Shown here in pieces: positions 40,459 through 53,409 of a DNA stretch of 64,000 bases (position 1 is its first letter; each line of letters begins with the position of its first letter). Origin of the DNA: Azolla caroliniana (Eukaryota > Plantae > Polypodiophyta). Made by a program: the position numbers and the translations under genes. The DNA lies in contig JBHGNT010000008.1 in the NCBI GenBank assembly GCA_043228905.1, forward strand, positions 7,192,001 through 7,256,000, written 5' to 3'. The notes under the pieces are model-generated. The model saw only the letters and a program-made list of their open reading frames with translations, ran no database searches and had not been told where the DNA came from.

Positions 40459-43400
40459 ATGGCAACCATGGAGACTATTTCATGCCAAGGTGTTGATGAT
40501 GATTCAGTGCAGAAAGATACAATGAACAGTTTCTCAACAATTAAGGATGATACTTTTGCACCAAAAGCTGAAGTAGGCCTGGCAGAGTATTCAGTAAAGT
40601 ACATCTTGCAAGATGTTCCAGGCACTTCTGCAGAGAAAATGTCCATTTCAGCTGACACTCAATGCTCATTACTTGCTGCGGATGAAACCAAAATTTCTAT
40701 TGCAGTAGATGCCACCCATAAGGATATGGAAGGTGTGAAAGATGACAGCCTTTCAGAGGATTATGTGAAGGAAATCTCACATTCCAAGAAAGTATCCATT
40801 TCAAATGAGAGTCTCTGCTCATCCCATGTTGATAATAGGACCCAACATTCTATTGTAGAAGATAGCATCGTAACTATGAAAGATGACAAAATTATAGCTA
40901 ATGACATGGTAGAAATAAACGAGGGAGAAGTAATGAATGACCAATTTGATATAGATAAACAAGAGGAGGAAGTTACATGTACAAGTGAGGATGTAGATGC
41001 TAAACAGACATCTGATTCTGGTTCTCCTCTCGGTCAGTTGAATGTTCTGGCAGATTTGGAGCAAGTTTCTGACCCGTTATTTGATGGTACAAGCATCAAA
41101 ATTTCTTCGGATGGAGAAGATTTCCATTCTAAATCAAGTCTTGAAAATGCGATGAGATTTGATGTCCATATAAAGGATGTGGAATATGCTATTGATAAAG
41201 AAGATGGAATGTGTGACATCAAGCTAAGCAAGAACATTGAGGATACCAAGACAAGTAAACCGTGTAGAATGGTGGATAATAAGGGTGAAAACGTTATTGT
41301 TGTTGAGCAAAATTCAGAGAAAAAATCAATTCACATAAACATGGAATTTAATAATATTTCTCCAGCAATTAATCCTGTGGAAACCTCACAATGTCTTGGC
41401 CCATGTACAGACAATGTACAAATAAAAAGCATTCTCACAGGCACAAGCAATGATACAGCACTAGAAATTCAAGCTTGCTTGAGAGAAGAAGAAATCAAAA
41501 GAAGTCAGCAGAAAACCAATGAAAATTCTAGCATCCTGAGAGCTGAAAATGATTTAAATGTAGAGGATTTGTGTACTCAATGCTCAGAGCCTAATCAATT
41601 GGATGGAAATGAGTTAAACAGACAGAATCTTGCATCTCCTGTGGGGAAATCATTGTCGGACAAACAGGACCAAAATTCTGATGCATGTGATGTAAGTGCA
41701 CCTCAATCAGATGGAACGTTGCTGAAAGCGGAAGCAACTTTTGCATCGTGTTCAATGCAGGCCAGAGACACTCCAATAGGGGTAGAGAACGATGTGCCAA
41801 TCAATAAGTATTGTAATTCTGTGTACTCAGAGTCTAATCAATGTAATAGAGATGGATCTCACATTCAGAAGATTTATTCTCTATCTGAGGAGAATCCACT
41901 TTCAAATCAGCAGCAACAATCTAATGCGAATGTAACTTTTACATTACCTTCAATTGAGGCTGGAGATAATCTGATAGGGGTAGAGAACGATGTGCAAATT
42001 GATAAGACTTGTCATGTTATGTACTCAGAGTGTAATCAACGTAATAGAGATGAAGCTCCCAAAGAGGAAATGTCTTCTCCACCTGAGGGTAACCCGCTTT
42101 CAAAACAGCAAAAAGAATCTGATGTAGATGTTGAAACAGTTCTTCTAGGTGTTACCACGGAGACAAAGCAGCAGGATGCCTCAATGGAAGAGGCAATGCA
42201 TATGAAGAATTCATCAGACCTTATAGTTAGGTCTGAAGATGAAGTTGCAATGCTACCGACTACAATTTTTCTCGTGAATGAGAATAATGAGCATTTCCTA
42301 TCTTATAGTCCTAATGTCATACAAAATGTGGATGCAAAGGATTTTCCAGAACATGAAATAGATGTGGACAAATACTCCACAGTCAAGAAGCCCCTCTCTA
42401 ACGATGTTGCTGACATCGATTCTGAAAAGCCCAACATTGACAATGGGGAACAAACAAAAGTTGAGAATGATGATCATGTTATGAAATATAAGCAAATTGT
42501 GGAGTCTCTCTCTTGTAATACAGCTGACATTGCTTCTCAAAAGCATGGCAATGATGATGAGGAAAAACCAAAAGGTGAGAGTGATCTTTATGAAATGGAA
42601 TCTAAGCAATACCCTGGAGATAAGATTTATAATAAAACTGAAGGTGAAGAGTTCTTTTATGAGGCAGAAGAGGATAACTCAGTTGAAAGGAAAGCAGAGC
42701 CTTGCAATGAGATGGAAGCTTTTAGAATTGGTGATCTTGTGTGGGCTAAAGTAAAGTCCCATCCTTGGTGGCCAGCACAACTTTTTGATCCCTCCAGAGC
42801 ATCAAAATCTGCTATGAAAGTGCGAAAAGGTGGAAGACTTTTGGTAGCATTTTTTGGTGATTGCACCTTTGCTTGGCTGGCAGAGTCACAAATGATACCG
42901 TTCAGATCAAATTTTGAAGAAAAGGTGAAGCAAACAACAATGAAGAGCTTTTGTAAAGCTGTAGGTGAAGCACTCGAGGAAGTCTGTCGACGTTCAGCAC
43001 TTGCCTTGGCTTCCAAATGCTACGTAAGGATTCCATACAGCAGAAGCACTTTTCCAGATGCAAATGCAGGTATTCAAAAAGCTCTAAGAATTCAAAGTCA
43101 TCTTGATGTTTCATCACATGTACATATGTTTAAGCCAGTGAAGACATTGGAGTATTTGAAGAGTGTTGCTTGCTCTCCCTTTGGTGCGTCGAATTCTGCT
43201 TTGGAAGTAGCAGAGTTGTGTGGTCATGTCTATGGATTCCGTACTTTCATGGTACCCTCTGAACATGAGCTTGATGGTGAACTATTGCTGGATTCATTGT
43301 CTGGGGGGGAAAGCCATGAATCAAATCGGAAGAGGAGATATTCCTCATTGGTATCTCCTGGAGATACCAATGGTGGGAGTTGTGAAACTGATGCAGAACA

Positions 43401-44739
43401 ATTTCCATCATGTCATGGTTTTGAAGTAATTAAAAAGTTCAAAAGTGTGGAACCACCAGAGTTGAGAGATGCTGGTGTTATGGAGATTAAGGAAACAAAA
43501 GTAGATATTTCAAACAAGCTAAACAAAATTTCGAGGTTTGGTGATAGTATGAAAAAGGTTGCTGGTGACCTGACAGGTTCTCTTCCACTTGCAAAATGTG
43601 TGGGTAAGTCTTCAAGCAAGAGAATGAAATCAACCTCGAAGAAACATTTAGCTTGTGTGCCTTCTTCCAAGAATATAAGTCTTATGCAACTCTATGAGGG
43701 TTTAGATCTTTCTGCTAGGGATCCATTGAATTCTTCAGGCATGAGTCTAATCCAAGATAGAGTCATGGAAGCTTTTCTTCGATTTCGCAAAATAGTATTC
43801 AAGAAGAGTGCAGGGTATTCAGGTGAAAAAACAAAAAAATTAACCAAGCATCCAAAGCAAGGTCATGGAGTATCACCGAAAAACACCACAGCTTATCCCC
43901 ATGTATCATATAGAAATGATGGAGCTTGTGTACAAGAGCTCACCATTGTCGCACGCAAAAGGAAATCTGAGATTGTGCAAGAGGATGTGAAAAAGAAAGC
44001 CAAAACAAGTCCGACTCCATTCTCTAGTGGAGAACATGATTTTGAATCATTTATCAATGCTGAAAACCCCATTGAACCTCGACGATTTGATAAAGACATA
44101 ATAAAGTATTCTAGAAGGCCAGCTGCTCCTTCACCTGAGTTGAAGAGCTCTGGTCAGCTACATTATGATGAGAAATTATCATCCCGAATGCCACTAGGGC
44201 TTTTCATGAAGTTCCCGCAGGACTTCACATTGCCATCGGAATCTGAACTCAAAGACAAGTTTGTATCATTTGGACCACTTCAGACATCAGGAACAAGAAT
44301 AGACACAGACTCGGCTTCTGTACAAGTGGCTTTTGAGCATGGAAGAGATGCGGAATTGGCTTGGAAGCATGCCAAGAAAAATCGTATGTTTGGGCAGGTG
44401 GATGTAAATTATCGGCTGCGGCATATATCACCAAAGTCTTCAAAGGCCGAAACAAAGATGGATATTTCTTCTTTCAACAGAGACAACCGTTTGAAAGTCG
44501 TGAAGCCAACATCACTTGTCTCTAAAGAGGTGATACAGTCCTCTTCTAAGCATTTGACCAATACCGAAGATTGTAAAAGAACATTGTTGCTTGCATATAA
44601 GGATAGCAATGATAGCATGCCAAATGAAGTCAGTAATGATGTGACAATGTTGCAAGAGCCAACCGGGGACATACAAGATCAAATGATGACACTCTTGCGA
44701 CAAGTGAGCGTCATAGTAGGAGTACCTGATGCAACTTAA
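40459..44739 (+). CDS. PWWP-domain chromatin protein (plant PDP-like), 1426 aa, single-exon CDS
   Basis: FRIGDLVWAKVKSHPWWPAQLFDP...LLVAFFGDCTFAW; C-terminal LFMKFPQDFTLPSESELKDKFVSFGPL RRM-like block and DIQDQMMTLL tail; long acidic N-terminus. Confidence 0.92.
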   Translation: MATMETISCQGVDDDSVQKDTMNSFSTIKDDTFAPKAEVGLAEYSVKYILQDVPGTSAEKMSISADTQCSLLAADETKISIAVDATHKDMEGVKDDSLSEDYVKEISHSKKVSISNESLCSSHVDNRTQHSIVEDSIVTMKDDKIIANDMVEINEGEVMNDQFDIDKQEEEVTCTSEDVDAKQTSDSGSPLGQLNVLADLEQVSDPLFDGTSIKISSDGEDFHSKSSLENAMRFDVHIKDVEYAIDKEDGMCDIKLSKNIEDTKTSKPCRMVDNKGENVIVVEQNSEKKSIHINMEFNNISPAINPVETSQCLGPCTDNVQIKSILTGTSNDTALEIQACLREEEIKRSQQKTNENSSILRAENDLNVEDLCTQCSEPNQLDGNELNRQNLASPVGKSLSDKQDQNSDACDVSAPQSDGTLLKAEATFASCSMQARDTPIGVENDVPINKYCNSVYSESNQCNRDGSHIQKIYSLSEENPLSNQQQQSNANVTFTLPSIEAGDNLIGVENDVQIDKTCHVMYSECNQRNRDEAPKEEMSSPPEGNPLSKQQKESDVDVETVLLGVTTETKQQDASMEEAMHMKNSSDLIVRSEDEVAMLPTTIFLVNENNEHFLSYSPNVIQNVDAKDFPEHEIDVDKYSTVKKPLSNDVADIDSEKPNIDNGEQTKVENDDHVMKYKQIVESLSCNTADIASQKHGNDDEEKPKGESDLYEMESKQYPGDKIYNKTEGEEFFYEAEEDNSVERKAEPCNEMEAFRIGDLVWAKVKSHPWWPAQLFDPSRASKSAMKVRKGGRLLVAFFGDCTFAWLAESQMIPFRSNFEEKVKQTTMKSFCKAVGEALEEVCRRSALALASKCYVRIPYSRSTFPDANAGIQKALRIQSHLDVSSHVHMFKPVKTLEYLKSVACSPFGASNSALEVAELCGHVYGFRTFMVPSEHELDGELLLDSLSGGESHESNRKRRYSSLVSPGDTNGGSCETDAEQFPSCHGFEVIKKFKSVEPPELRDAGVMEIKETKVDISNKLNKISRFGDSMKKVAGDLTGSLPLAKCVGKSSSKRMKSTSKKHLACVPSSKNISLMQLYEGLDLSARDPLNSSGMSLIQDRVMEAFLRFRKIVFKKSAGYSGEKTKKLTKHPKQGHGVSPKNTTAYPHVSYRNDGACVQELTIVARKRKSEIVQEDVKKKAKTSPTPFSSGEHDFESFINAENPIEPRRFDKDIIKYSRRPAAPSPELKSSGQLHYDEKLSSRMPLGLFMKFPQDFTLPSESELKDKFVSFGPLQTSGTRIDTDSASVQVAFEHGRDAELAWKHAKKNRMFGQVDVNYRLRHISPKSSKAETKMDISSFNRDNRLKVVKPTSLVSKEVIQSSSKHLTNTEDCKRTLLLAYKDSNDSMPNEVSNDVTMLQEPTGDIQDQMMTLLRQVSVIVGVPDAT

Positions 44740-45524
44740 GGTTAAAAATAAGTTTACACCAATTCTTAACATCACTTGATGAGCTTAGGCACTAGCCACT
44801 GTTCTATTCAGCATTGGCTAGTACATGTATTGTCTTCTATATACCCAAACTTCTTTGTAATTATATATAATGTTTCTATTGTATCATTTCTGATTACCTA
44901 TGCTGGTTTTCAGTTGCTCAAAAGTTATCATCTTAGTTTCATACCAAAATCTTATTTTTCCAAGTGACAGCATGCTGGTGATTTATTGAATGGATGGAGC
45001 TACTCAGGCATACTATGTTTTCTTCGGGTATGATGCATGCAAATGTTTTAATGCATTGTAAAGCTGCGATGAATGTTTACTGTCAGAGGAATACAATCCA
45101 ATCATACATCTATTACAAATATATGTACAAATAGAACCTATATACTGCTGCATAGAAATATCTATGTTTCATTTCGACATTGGTTTTGAGGAATCCATAA
45201 TTTAATATCCGTTCTTGTCAATATCTGGAATATTAATGTTGATAAATGTTTAATGAGCATGAAGCAATAAACATATCCATATTTGTCAATATCTGGAATA
45301 TCAATGTTGATAAATATTTATGGCATGACCTAATAACCTTGAACCATGTCTGAAATTACTTCCTTTATTATTTTCATCAGGAAAACTTTGCCAGAACTGT
45401 TTATAGGAATTAAACTTTGCTATGAGTGAAGGCTATGTGGCTGATGGTTGATCATGTTCATTTAGTTCGTTTTTGTAGGTTTGTATTGGCCAAGGTATCA
45501 ACAGACAAAATTATAGGTGGCAAG

Positions 45525-45663
45525 AAAAAACAAAATCCTCTCTTGTAGCAAGGGCATAGCTCTTTACTTACAGAGCGATCTTCAAAATACACGAAAAAAC
45601 AAAACCCTCTCTTGTAGCAGGGCCCAGCTCTTTACTTACAGAGTGATCTTCAAAAAATACACG
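45525..45663. repeat. Two-copy tandem repeat of about 69 bp between the two genes
   Basis: AAAAAACAAAA(T/C)CCTCTCTTGTAGCA...TACTTACAGAG(C/T)GATCTTCAAAA...TACACG twice. Confidence 0.75.
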
Positions 45664-46477
45664 CCAGAATATGTAATAATGTGCCATGGTCCATCATGAA
45701 CATACCCATTGCATCAGTTAAATGGCTAGCTACACACAGATGTGTTAAAACGTAAAGAAAATAGCTAGTCAAGTGACAACTATTTTGCAATGACATCATT
45801 TGCCAAGGAGAATGCATATGAATACATGTTTCAATGTAAATTCAAGAGCCGATGACCAACGTGCACACTGATTTTATTCCAAGAGGCATCAATTATAATG
45901 CTAATTTCACTATGGTTTACTTCAATGATCCATACGTTACTTTTGACAATTCATCTTATATCCGCATCTTCAGAAGCGTAAGAATCAATTCATATATTGG
46001 CCACTGATAGTTTTCAGCATAAAATAATAAGAAATTCTGAGACTACCAAAAATTATAAGGAATTTGGAGAATGAGTTCCATGTTTCTATTGACTTTTCCT
46101 GTTTATCAATATTTACAGTAATCTAAGGAATTCAACAGTGAATTGATAGTCACGAACACCATTGAGGGCCAATGCTAGACAGGAAGCTATACAATGAGTT
46201 TAAAGGGGTTTAGTGTAAAGTACATCGAAACATGTTGTGATTAGGTGTCGAAAAATTGTTCTGCCAGGAAGTCACAGTGGGGCTTTATCTGCATTTCTGA
46301 AGCATCCACAATTTGAATCACATTCCAACACTTGAAATATAACTGTTTCGGTTTACTGTCTTCATACATTTCCATATTTCACATCCTAAATGCCACGGAG
46401 TAGTTTCAGACTGCAACATCACAGACTGCATATCATCTTAAAAAAACCAAATTCTTATATTAAGATGAGTTCGTTTA

Positions 46478-46546
46478 CTATGATTTCAACAGATGATTCA
46501 CTTGCTTAACAGCAGCAGCAGCAGCAAATATTACGATTTTCATCAC
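46478..46546 (-). CDS. KDM3/JMJ25-family JmjC gene, last coding exon
   Basis: CAG|VMKIVIFAAAAAVKQVNHLLKS*; fits the family's terminal VKKMxxxA exon. Confidence 0.75.
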   Translation of the reverse strand: MMKIVIFAAAAAVKQVNHLLKS

Positions 46547-46639
46547 CTGAACAGTTGCATAAGAAGGAACATCAATCATTTTTAAATCCTGAAATACCAA
46601 ACACAAAGAGAAAGACAGCAAACAGATGGTAGACAATCA

Positions 46640-47600
46640 GATTGTACACACTTTGCAGAAAACACGGTATACTCGCACTAATTCTGGATAGTAACAACAT
46701 GGGATCTTCTCTCTTGGAGATCCATACAGGGATGTTCTATCCATCTAGCAGGGAAACCTTCACACAGCTCTAGTAAAGATGTGAGCAAGAAGTGGGACCA
46801 AGATATCAAGAAGACTTTCAAATTGTAACCAACTGATGGCATCACTCACCTTTTGTGGAGTAGAAAAGGTGGCGAATTCATGCAGGTGTAAACCACATGA
46901 TGGGGAAGGGGAGGTTGCCCCAGAATGTCATAGACTACCTTTGCATATGCTGGTATATCTGAGGTGACATCAATTGTATGCTAAGTTGCTTCACATGTCC
47001 GCAATCATCAGAACTCGTGACTCTTCCCTACACTTTTCCCAAGGTTTCTACTCTGTAGGGAAGAGTCAAGAGTGTCAAGTATGTCAAATAGCCACAATCT
47101 AGTTCACGGCTTTCGAAACTACATACGTGCACAACCTTACCAAAGCGTCAAAGTCTGCATATCCACAGGAAAGTTGAGCAAAAGCAGCCTTCCGTAAGCA
47201 AAACCAAGGCCCTGTTTCATCCCTCCCACCCTATGGAGAAGACTCTCCGAACAGCCATCTATTTTCCCACTTGAATTACCATTTACGGAGTAGGCAGCCC
47301 TTCTGCACCTAGTTACGCCAATCCATTAATAGCTTTAGAGGTGGGATTCATGGCTTCCAATGCCACTCCACCATTCTGCAACTTCCCAAAGAGTCTTTCT
47401 GGATGGAACCAACTATCTAGATTGGGAATTGCACATATAATGCATAGATTCCCCATTCCATATCTACGACGATGCCAAGGGTTTCCAGCTGCTACAGGAA
47501 CCGAGTATGTGGCACAGTATCAAAGGCTTTCTGGAATCCCACAAAGCAGCAATAAATCCGATTTTTATGAGCTCTGACCTCCTCAATGAGGACTTAAATA
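46640..47600 (-). mobile_element. Decayed LINE remnant in the last intron
   Basis: DILVPLLAHIF...EGFPARW; DNA similarity of 46750-46935 to 56350-56580; limits approximate. Confidence 0.55.
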
Positions 47601-48855
47601 GTCAATATGTAATCCAAAGTTGTGAACCCCTGTGGTTCTGACACACATGCACACATTTTCATGACAGCGTTGTGTTCATGACTTCTAGCTTATCCACAAA
47701 TACTCCTTTTTGCTATTTGACTACCTTTTGCTTTTATTTCTTTTTGAGCATGCTCAGCGTGGGCATTTCCTTCTCTCCATTGTCTTTTACTGTAGATATG
47801 CATTTGGAGCTTTCTTTAGATTTACTTAATGTCTTCTTTTTTCCAAAAATTTACTTAATGTCTTGGTCCATTGAATAGTACTTCAACCTTATTTGATGAT
47901 ATATCAGCTTTTAAGTATTCACCGTATCATCTTTAATCCCAATATTTTACTTCCTTACAATACTTCCAATGTCATTTCACGGGACTTCTAGTACTATCTT
48001 CAATAGGTTAAACAATTGTATCTTCTACTTTCTAACTCACGTTTGCATTCTATCTTGCATTTCCTCTTTTAAGGTTGTTTCTACATTATGTTTCATGCAT
48101 TCACCTTCCGAGCACTACCAAGTGTGGGCCCTCCCTTTCCTTCTCTTGGTGTCTTTGTGAGGTTTTCCGTATATCTGCCTTAACTTTCATATATGTATCT
48201 ATCTAAAAAACCCAAACACCTATTGTTCCCAAAGAAAAAAGTTCTCTTCTTCTTCTGCATCCTCTGTTTGCATCTATAGGATTTACCCTATGCCTGCTAT
48301 TCCATCGCTCATGTCAAACTGGTATCAAAGAGAAGGTTGATTGTGTGTGCACTTCTTGAGCTCTGTGCAGTCGACAAGTCAAGTTTTCAGCAGGTAACAA
48401 TCAGCGCAGCTCACTACAGGTCATTATAGGCAGGAAACTGGCTGGCGGCTGCAGTTCATCATATTTTGCCCATGTGTAGGTCACAGCTGTAGGCAACAAG
48501 CTCACAGCAATTTAAGGGCAGATTCATTAGGCTTTCTTTTTGGGCTAAAAATAATGGTTGGTAGCCAGTGATAACAGCCATCTCGTGCACATCAAGAACC
48601 TTGAGATGCAAACTTCTGATATCTAAGAACTTAAGAACATAGATATCTAAAAACTTCAGATATCTAAGAATTCACGAATCTAGACATCTAAGAGAGAGAA
48701 AGAAAGATACATTAACATCTTTTAAGAGGTCAAAATGGCCTGTAAGACCAAATAAGAATTTACAACTGAAGTGTTGTCTTGTCTTTGAGAACAACAAATC
48801 AAAATAAAATTAATATTACAAAGCAAATAGAAAAGTAAGCAGAGAGAGAGAGAAC

Positions 48856-48975
48856 CTCCAACATATTCTCCCTGGCACGATGACCTTTTGGCAACAGTCT
48901 GAACTCCTCGGTCAAACGAATGCATTCTAGGACATTTTCTGGTGTAACAAAATCCAATGCAACCTTGAAGCAGGA
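48856..48975 (-). CDS. JmjC gene exon
   Basis: [44 protein letters not shown] bounded. Confidence 0.92.
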
Positions 48976-49601
48976 CTGCAACAAATACAAGATCCACGAG
49001 TTTCTTAACTTTAAATCATTTATCTCCTTTCCTACAAAAGCCCTAAAATATACCAAGCCTACCACATGTTTGTTATCATTAAATATCTATTGATACCTTT
49101 CCAGATAATGCATGTAGAAAATGGACCCCTATATATATGCATCGATTTCCAGATAATGCATGCAATAATGAATTTCCAACTACAACAAAGATATCATAAA
49201 TATTCAGAAACAAATAAAAGTCTCTTTTGATTATTTCTTATGTTTTTAAGATATCAAGTTGGTCTTCTCATTTGATGTGAACTGGAATGATTAAGGAGCG
49301 GACTGTCCAAGATCCACCTGGACCTCATAGTCTTTGTAGATATCTGATATTTACATTGCATTTCACTGGGACTAAGAAGAAGAAGATACCTAGCTTCAAG
49401 AAACCAAAGAACGAGATTATCATTCTAACAATAAGATAGATAAAGCAGAGTTTGGTAATTAGAATCATGTTTCAGGGATTCTAGTGTGTCCTTAACGTGT
49501 TCTAACTAAAATACATTATTACACCTGAACTAGTTAAATAGATCCTTATATCTAACCTTAGACTGAATCTGAGCATATATTCATATATATATATAATATA
49601 C

Positions 49602-49687
49602 CTTCATATTTCTCACTTGATGAGGACAGCCAGCAGGAATAAACACAGCCTCCCCCAAGTGTTGCTGAAATGTCCAAGCTTCAATAC
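49602..49687 (-). CDS. JmjC gene exon containing the distal Fe-binding His
   Basis: [28 protein letters not shown]. Confidence 0.93.
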
Positions 49688-49750
49688 CTACAGAATCAGA
49701 GGAACAGTTAATTTAAAGAACTTCCAGATTGTAACATTTCAACTACATAC

Positions 49751-49823
49751 CATACTCCTCTTTTAGCTTTCTTTTGTGCTCCTCATTAAGAAAGATGGTC
49801 CGATCATGGATGGGATCATCTAC
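49751..49823 (-). CDS. JmjC gene exon
   Basis: VDDPIHDRTIFLNEEHKRKLKEEYG. Confidence 0.92.
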
Positions 49824-49913
49824 CTGTAATTAAGTTACAATTAAATGTAAACATTTACCACTTACAATCACACAATATGAACAATGTGAGGCATTGGTGT
49901 GAACATATCATAC

Positions 49914-52262
49914 ATGAATAAGAGACTTCTCTTCAGTGTGCTTGAATTCCCTCCAATGTTGCTTCAAATAGGCTTGCAGTTTTGGTACATCCTCACGACG
50001 GAAAATATCCCAAAGGGCTGCACCATTAGCTGATTCTACTTTATTATTAACACGCAAATCTTTCTGCAGATTTATTCCTGCATGATGTGAATCTTCTGCA
50101 ACAGTCTTCATACAATGGTCCTTTTCCTCAAATATTGCCTGCTCACACTCCACTTTAACTGGGATGGATTCTATTGTGTCGGCTTCTGGAACAATATTCT
50201 TTCCTAAAAGAGGATTGCTGTTTTTGTCTACTATGTCAGCTTTTTCAGCCCAGATAACTTGGTTGCTTGCTTCTTGTTCCTTTATGGCATGAGTGTCATG
50301 GCACTCGTTTTGATGGTGATGGCTATCTTCTACTACTTGTGGTTTAGCATGATGAACATATGTAAGCTCATGCTCCACTTTAACTGGGGCAGACTCTACT
50401 ATATTTGCTTCTGAAACAATGTCTTTTCCTGCAACAGAATTATCATTTTCTTCTTTGATTTCAGTCCTATCACAGAGCAAGTGATAATTTTGCGTGTCAA
50501 TCTGGCTCATCTGTGAAACCATGTCTAGAATATCTGCTTTTTTATCACGAATGACATGGCTTGGTGCTTCTTTGTAATGACATTCCGTCGATGTTTCTTG
50601 AGTTTTTTGGCATTCCACTCCAAGATTTACAAGCTGATCGCCCATATTCTCCTGATCTGCTTCAACTGGGACAGGCTCCTCTAATGTATTAGGTTCTGGA
50701 TCAATGTTCTTTTCTAAAACAATATGATCATTTTCTTCTTTGATTTCCATGACATTGCTATTTTCTTCATTTAATTTGTCAGTGTTTTGCATATCAGTCT
50801 GAATAATCTGTGAATCACACTCTGTTGTGTCAGCTTCTTTGTTCTGATATTCTTTTGACATGGATTCAGTTTCTTGGAACTCACCATGATGGCTAGCTTT
50901 TACTCCTTGTGGCTTAACAGCATGATCATCCATGTGCTCATACTCTGCTTTAACTGGGATGTGTTCCTCTAATCCATTAGGTTCTGGAAGTAAATTCTTT
51001 TCTGAAACATTATGGACATTTTCTTCATTCATTTCAGTATTACTACTTTTTCCCTCATATAATGATTGAGTTTCTTGAAAATCAATCTGAGTCACCTGTG
51101 AATCAGAGTCCATTACGTCAGCTTTTCCAGCAAGACTAACACACTTGCTCACTTCTTCATAATGATATTCTTTTGACATGGCTTTAGCTTCTTGGCACTC
51201 ACTATAATGGGTGTCTTCATCTTCTCGTGGCTTGACATGATCACTCATGTGTTCATGCTCAATTTCAGCTTGGACAGATTTATTGGTTTCTGGAACAATA
51301 TTAGTTTCTGACACAATATGATTGTTTTCTTCTACAGTATCAGTAATATTTCTTTTGGCCTCACATAATAAGAGATTGTGTTGAATATCACTCTGCATCA
51401 CCTGTGAATCAGAGTCTATTACATCAGTTTTTTCAGCAAGAGTAATATAGCTGATTGCTTCTTCGTAATGACATTCTTTTGACATGGTTTGGGTTTCTTG
51501 GCACTCATTATGATGGCCACATTCTACTATTTGTGGCTTAACAAGATGATAATCTATTTCGTTTTTGGATAAATAATGGTAATTTTCACCTTTTTGCTCT
51601 ATCAACACATGATCTTCACTGTTTTCCTCTCTCTGAATTTCGACATGTTCACCTCTTTGCTTTACCGGAGCATCCTCATCAACTACTTTGGCATTGCAAT
51701 CTCTTTGGGAGGCAATGTTTTGGATAGAATTGGTTTTTTCTCTACCAACAGTAGTTACAGGAGAATCGACGTTGGCTTGTTCCTCCGGAATAGAAACACC
51801 TGTACGGGGATCCTCAACTCCATTATAATCAGGATTATCATTGGTTTCAGGGTGGACAGATTGTTCATTTGCAACATGATCAAACTGAAGCCTACTGACA
51901 TGACCATCTACAGTAACAATATTCAATATTTTATTATCCGGCTTCATGGTAATTTTTGCTCCAATTTTTCCATCTGGAATTCTATCCCTAAACATTAGAG
52001 AATCATCATTTCCGAGTACCATTATTCCTGACGCAGGGGCATCTTCAACCATTATGGAACCATTATTAATGTTTTTATTAATAACATTACGTACAGATAA
52101 TGACTCTACAGATTCATCCTGAGCATAGATGCCAGAATCACATTCATGGTTTATCAATGCAGCCTTTGGGATCTCAGCCACACCTACACTGTCATCAACA
52201 GCCTGAGTTAACTTGCAATCTTCAGCTTTTAAAGAAGCAATGATAGCTTCGTTGATAATTGC
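49914..52262 (-). CDS. JmjC gene giant exon (783 codons): acidic repeats ending in [29 protein letters not shown]
   Basis: CAG acceptor 52265-52263, GT donor 49913-49912, phase 0 at both ends, no stops. Confidence 0.85.
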
Positions 52263-53409
52263 CTGTAGGTGAATAAATCAATAAGTTCACGACTCAGGAT
52301 GTTACCAATCAATGTATTATTCTGAAAAGATAGACACAAATCTATATGTATACCTATATAAAATGAAGAAAACAAAAATAAAAATTCCAGCAAAGACACC
52401 AAAAAATTATTTTAAACCTGACAAAAAAATCTATGAGATATCCTCAGAAACAAATCTTTTATAAAAGTTGAAGTCAGTGAGAGCTATGAGACAGATAGCA
52501 CAGTCAAAATAGTTGTACCAATTGGCACAGGCAGAGGTGTAGAGGCTAACGAGATGGAGCAGGGGTGGCATATTCAGTGTCAAATCAGCAATCATGTCAT
52601 ATTAAAGATTCGTATTTGTTTCCATTCAACAGCGGTGCCTCATGAATTAGGAAAGTATTACAGCGAAGTGACCCAAAGCATTACATTTGTATTTGCAGCA
52701 ACCATTATGAAATGAAGTTAAGTGGATTGGGATGTCTGTAAATGAGAAGCCAGATCAAATTAACGTCTATAAAACAAGGTATCACAGCTACCATGTTCTA
52801 TAGGATACAAACTCGGGCAGATACACTTAAAATTAAGTAAACTAATTAAGTGAAACATGAAGTATTTTCCCTGTGTGGAAACTAATTCTCCAACATGTCA
52901 CAAGTAAAGAGGAGCATCCTTAAGAGTGACCAAAATAAGTGACTTATCAATCAGGATCTAAATGCATGACATACGCAAAGAAAGCCATATTAATGTCTTT
53001 TAAGAGAACAAAATGGCCTATAGATATTATCTCTCAAAACACTATCTCGTCTTTGAGAGAAACCAACCAAAATAAATAAATAAAACTAAGTATAAGGAAC
53101 CAAAGTGCCTCGTTCGCTTTAAATCCCTAAAATGGGCCGATCCAAGATGGAAAGGTCTCCACGGCAAGGGAGGCACCTTCATTCTTGGGTGATAATGGCC
53201 TTTACCTATAAACGACAAGGGTGATTGGGCCATGATCCAAATGGCTGGGATCTACATGCACTACGAATTGCTATTAGCTGATCTATCATAACATCTAATG
53301 AGTGTCCTGGTCAAGAGCCCACTTGTGTAGCCCTAGATTTGTAGCATGAATGATAGAGCTAACGAAAGTTGTGATGGTCCTTTGTTGATGAGTTGTTATG
53401 ACTATATTA

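Noticed and set aside
48615-48692. Short GATATCTAAGAA repeats
   Set aside because: A few degenerate intronic slippage copies with no evidence of function.
49908-52181. Stand-alone 757-aa gene
   Set aside because: It is an internal exon of the JmjC gene, with splice sites in phase with the neighbouring exons.
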